From the NCBI RefSeq assembly GCF_005696695.1, contig NZ_CP040006.1, forward strand, positions 1,650,001 through 1,682,000: a stretch of DNA of 32,000 nt. The letters run 5' to 3'. Made by a program: the position numbers and the translations under genes. Origin of the DNA: Schaalia odontolytica. GTDB lineage: Bacteria > Actinomycetota > Actinomycetes > Actinomycetales > Actinomycetaceae. Below the pieces are notes generated by a model. That model was not told the DNA's origin, made no database searches, and saw nothing but the letters and a program-made list of their open reading frames with translations. Positions 30,347 through 32,000 of the stretch are shown piece by piece; position 1 is the stretch's first letter, and each line of letters starts with the position of its first letter.

Positions 30347-32000
30347 TGCCCTGGCAGCCAATCGACGAAGAGGACGAGTTTCCCACGCTCGGCTATGACG
30401 TCGCCGACTGGATGACCGCGTTCCTGCTGACGCCGGACAAGGACGAGATGATCCCGTTCGTGCCGACGCAGGAGCAGCTCGACTTCCTCGTCCATGTGTA
30501 CGAGCTGGACCCGCAGACAGGGCGCCGACTCAAGCAGCGCGCCGTCCTCTCGCGCCCCCGTGGCTGGGGCAAGTCCCCGTTCCTCGCAGCGATCTGCTGC
30601 GCCGAAGCGATGGGGCCTGTCCTGTGCGACGGGTGGGATGCGGAAGGCCAGCCGGTCGGTGTACCGTGGTCGACGCGGCGAACGCCGCTCGTGCAGGTCA
30701 CGGCAACGACGGACGATCAGACGGCGAACACATGGGATCCGCTCCTGGAGATGCTTCGCGGCTCGCCAGCTGAGGACGAGTACGGCATCGACCCGATGGA
30801 TAGCTTCGTCGCTCTGCGGCGTGGGCGTATCGAGAAGCGCACGTCCTCGGCAACCTCCGTCAAGGGCGCGAAAGCAGTTATGGCCGTGATGGACCAGACG
30901 GAGACTTGGCTACCCGGAAACGGCGGGCCGAAGCTCGCAAAGACGCTACGGTCCAACGCGGACAAGCTCGGCGGTTTGACGATCGAGACACCGAACGCCT
31001 TCACGATCGGCGAGCGGTCGGTCGCAGAGAACACGGCACGGTTCTATGAGCTGGTGAAGGCCGGGAAGGTCAAGAAGGAAGCCTCACGAGGTCTCTACTA
31101 CGACCACCGGCAGGCGCCGCTCGACACGGACATCACGGACCGGGAATCTCTCATCGAGGGCCTGCGGATCGCCTACGGCGACTCGGCTCGGGATCCGCGC
31201 GGCTGCGCGATCCACGATCCAGAGTGCGAGCCCGGCTGGGTGGACCTCGAGCGCATCGCAGATTCGTTCTGGCACCCGGATAACGATCCGGCGGACATGT
31301 GCGCCGACTTCCTCAACCAGATCAACAGCGCGTCCGACGCCTGGCTCACAATGCCGGAGCTTCGCGCGATCGAGGACCACGGTAAGACGATCTCGTCAAC
31401 AGAGCCGATCACGCTAGGTTTCGACGGGTCGGAAGGACGCAAGATCGGCATCGCCGACGCGACCGTCCTGATCGGCTACTCGATCACGCAGAAGCATCTG
31501 TTCAAGGTGGGTATCTGGACGCAGCCGGACGGCCCTGCGGGTGAGGGGTGGCAACCGCCGCGCCTGGAGATCGAGCAGACCGTGCGCGACGCTTTCGAGC
31601 GATACAACGTCGTCGGCTTCTACGCCGACCCGTCGGCAGGTTGGGCGCAAGACGTTAAGACCTGGGAGGCGAAGTATTCGCGCCGACTGCGGGCAAAGAT
31701 CAGCGCTGCGGAGCCGATCCGCTATCCGCAGCGCAACGTCTCTCAGACGTGCGAGAACTTCGCGCAGCTGCTCTCAGCGATCCACCAAGGACTCATCACC
31801 TACGACGGAGACCCGACGATGACCGCGCACTTCCTCAACGCGAGGAAGTCACCGAGACAGGCCGGATACGTGCTCGTCAAGCCCGCCGACGATCAGGACT
31901 ACTCCAAGATCGACGCGACCTGGGGCGCGATGTTCGCCTATAAGGCTGGCCTTGACGCGGTCGGTAAGGGCGCGGCCAGGCCGACGGCACGCCGCGCTCC
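30346..32000 (+). CDS. Terminase large subunit (3'-truncated by the window end)
   Basis: Open frame from ATG 30346 (TAATG overlap) to the window end, hand-translated. Walker A-like SRPRGWGKS, Walker B-like AVMAVMDQTE, and nuclease-half motifs ITLGFDGS and GFYADPS are present. It is not in the ORF track because no stop occurs in the window. Confidence 0.85.
   Translation, partial: MPWQPIDEEDEFPTLGYDVADWMTAFLLTPDKDEMIPFVPTQEQLDFLVHVYELDPQTGRRLKQRAVLSRPRGWGKSPFLAAICCAEAMGPVLCDGWDAEGQPVGVPWSTRRTPLVQVTATTDDQTANTWDPLLEMLRGSPAEDEYGIDPMDSFVALRRGRIEKRTSSATSVKGAKAVMAVMDQTETWLPGNGGPKLAKTLRSNADKLGGLTIETPNAFTIGERSVAENTARFYELVKAGKVKKEASRGLYYDHRQAPLDTDITDRESLIEGLRIAYGDSARDPRGCAIHDPECEPGWVDLERIADSFWHPDNDPADMCADFLNQINSASDAWLTMPELRAIEDHGKTISSTEPITLGFDGSEGRKIGIADATVLIGYSITQKHLFKVGIWTQPDGPAGEGWQPPRLEIEQTVRDAFERYNVVGFYADPSAGWAQDVKTWEAKYSRRLRAKISAAEPIRYPQRNVSQTCENFAQLLSAIHQGLITYDGDPTMTAHFLNARKSPRQAGYVLVKPADDQDYSKIDATWGAMFAYKAGLDAVGKGAARPTARRA

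Larger units (their letters stand above)
18021..32000 (+). mobile_element. Prophage, left arm (immunity, early/replication, start of packaging module); continues past the window end
   Basis: Modular phage gene order: XRE repressor/Cro, excisionase-type HTH, MTase, RusA, SSB, HNH, TerS, TerL. About 25 genes run in tight co-orientation with ATGA/GTGA/TAATG start-stop overlaps. Confidence 0.85.

Overview
This is a high-GC (about 65-70% by eye) actinobacterial chromosome segment, Actinomyces/Schaalia-like by inference only. It has three parts.

(1) 1-9.8 kb: two paralogous secreted wall-associated proteins on the minus strand. One is an 872-aa protein with BspA-type leucine-rich repeats (LRR) plus cell-wall-binding repeats. 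The other is a 2174-aa subtilisin-like (S8) cell-envelope protease that carries the same LRR and cell-wall-binding module at its C-terminus.

(2) 9.8-18 kb: housekeeping-type genes. These are a YbjQ-family protein, an alpha/beta hydrolase, a SAM methyltransferase, a membrane protein, a 59-aa Cys-rich protein missing from the ORF track, and a CoA-disulfide-reductase/rhodanese fusion. Two lower-GC single-gene islets interrupt them. The first is a 1.8-kb cassette bracketed by a 38-bp perfect direct repeat. It sits in the 5' end of the hydrolase gene and encodes a 472-aa orphan protein, a possible ApeA/HEPN-like defence candidate. The second carries an orphan HsdR-N-type PD-(D/E)xK nuclease.

(3) About 18.0 kb to the window end: the left arm of a prophage.
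- It begins at a tRNA/tmRNA 3'-end-like att fragment.
- Next comes a divergent XRE repressor/Cro switch with operator repeats.
- A long, translationally coupled early operon follows: excisionase-type HTH, an LAxTG-anchored adhesin-like cargo gene, DUF4326, C5 cytosine methyltransferase, RusA, SSB and an HNH-domain protein.
- It ends with a promoter-plus-hairpin checkpoint, an HNH endonuclease, an antisense mini primase-polymerase, and the small and large (partial) terminase subunits.

No integrase, CRISPR array, rRNA or canonical tRNA was found. Many long ORFs in the track are antisense or off-frame artefacts of the high GC content.
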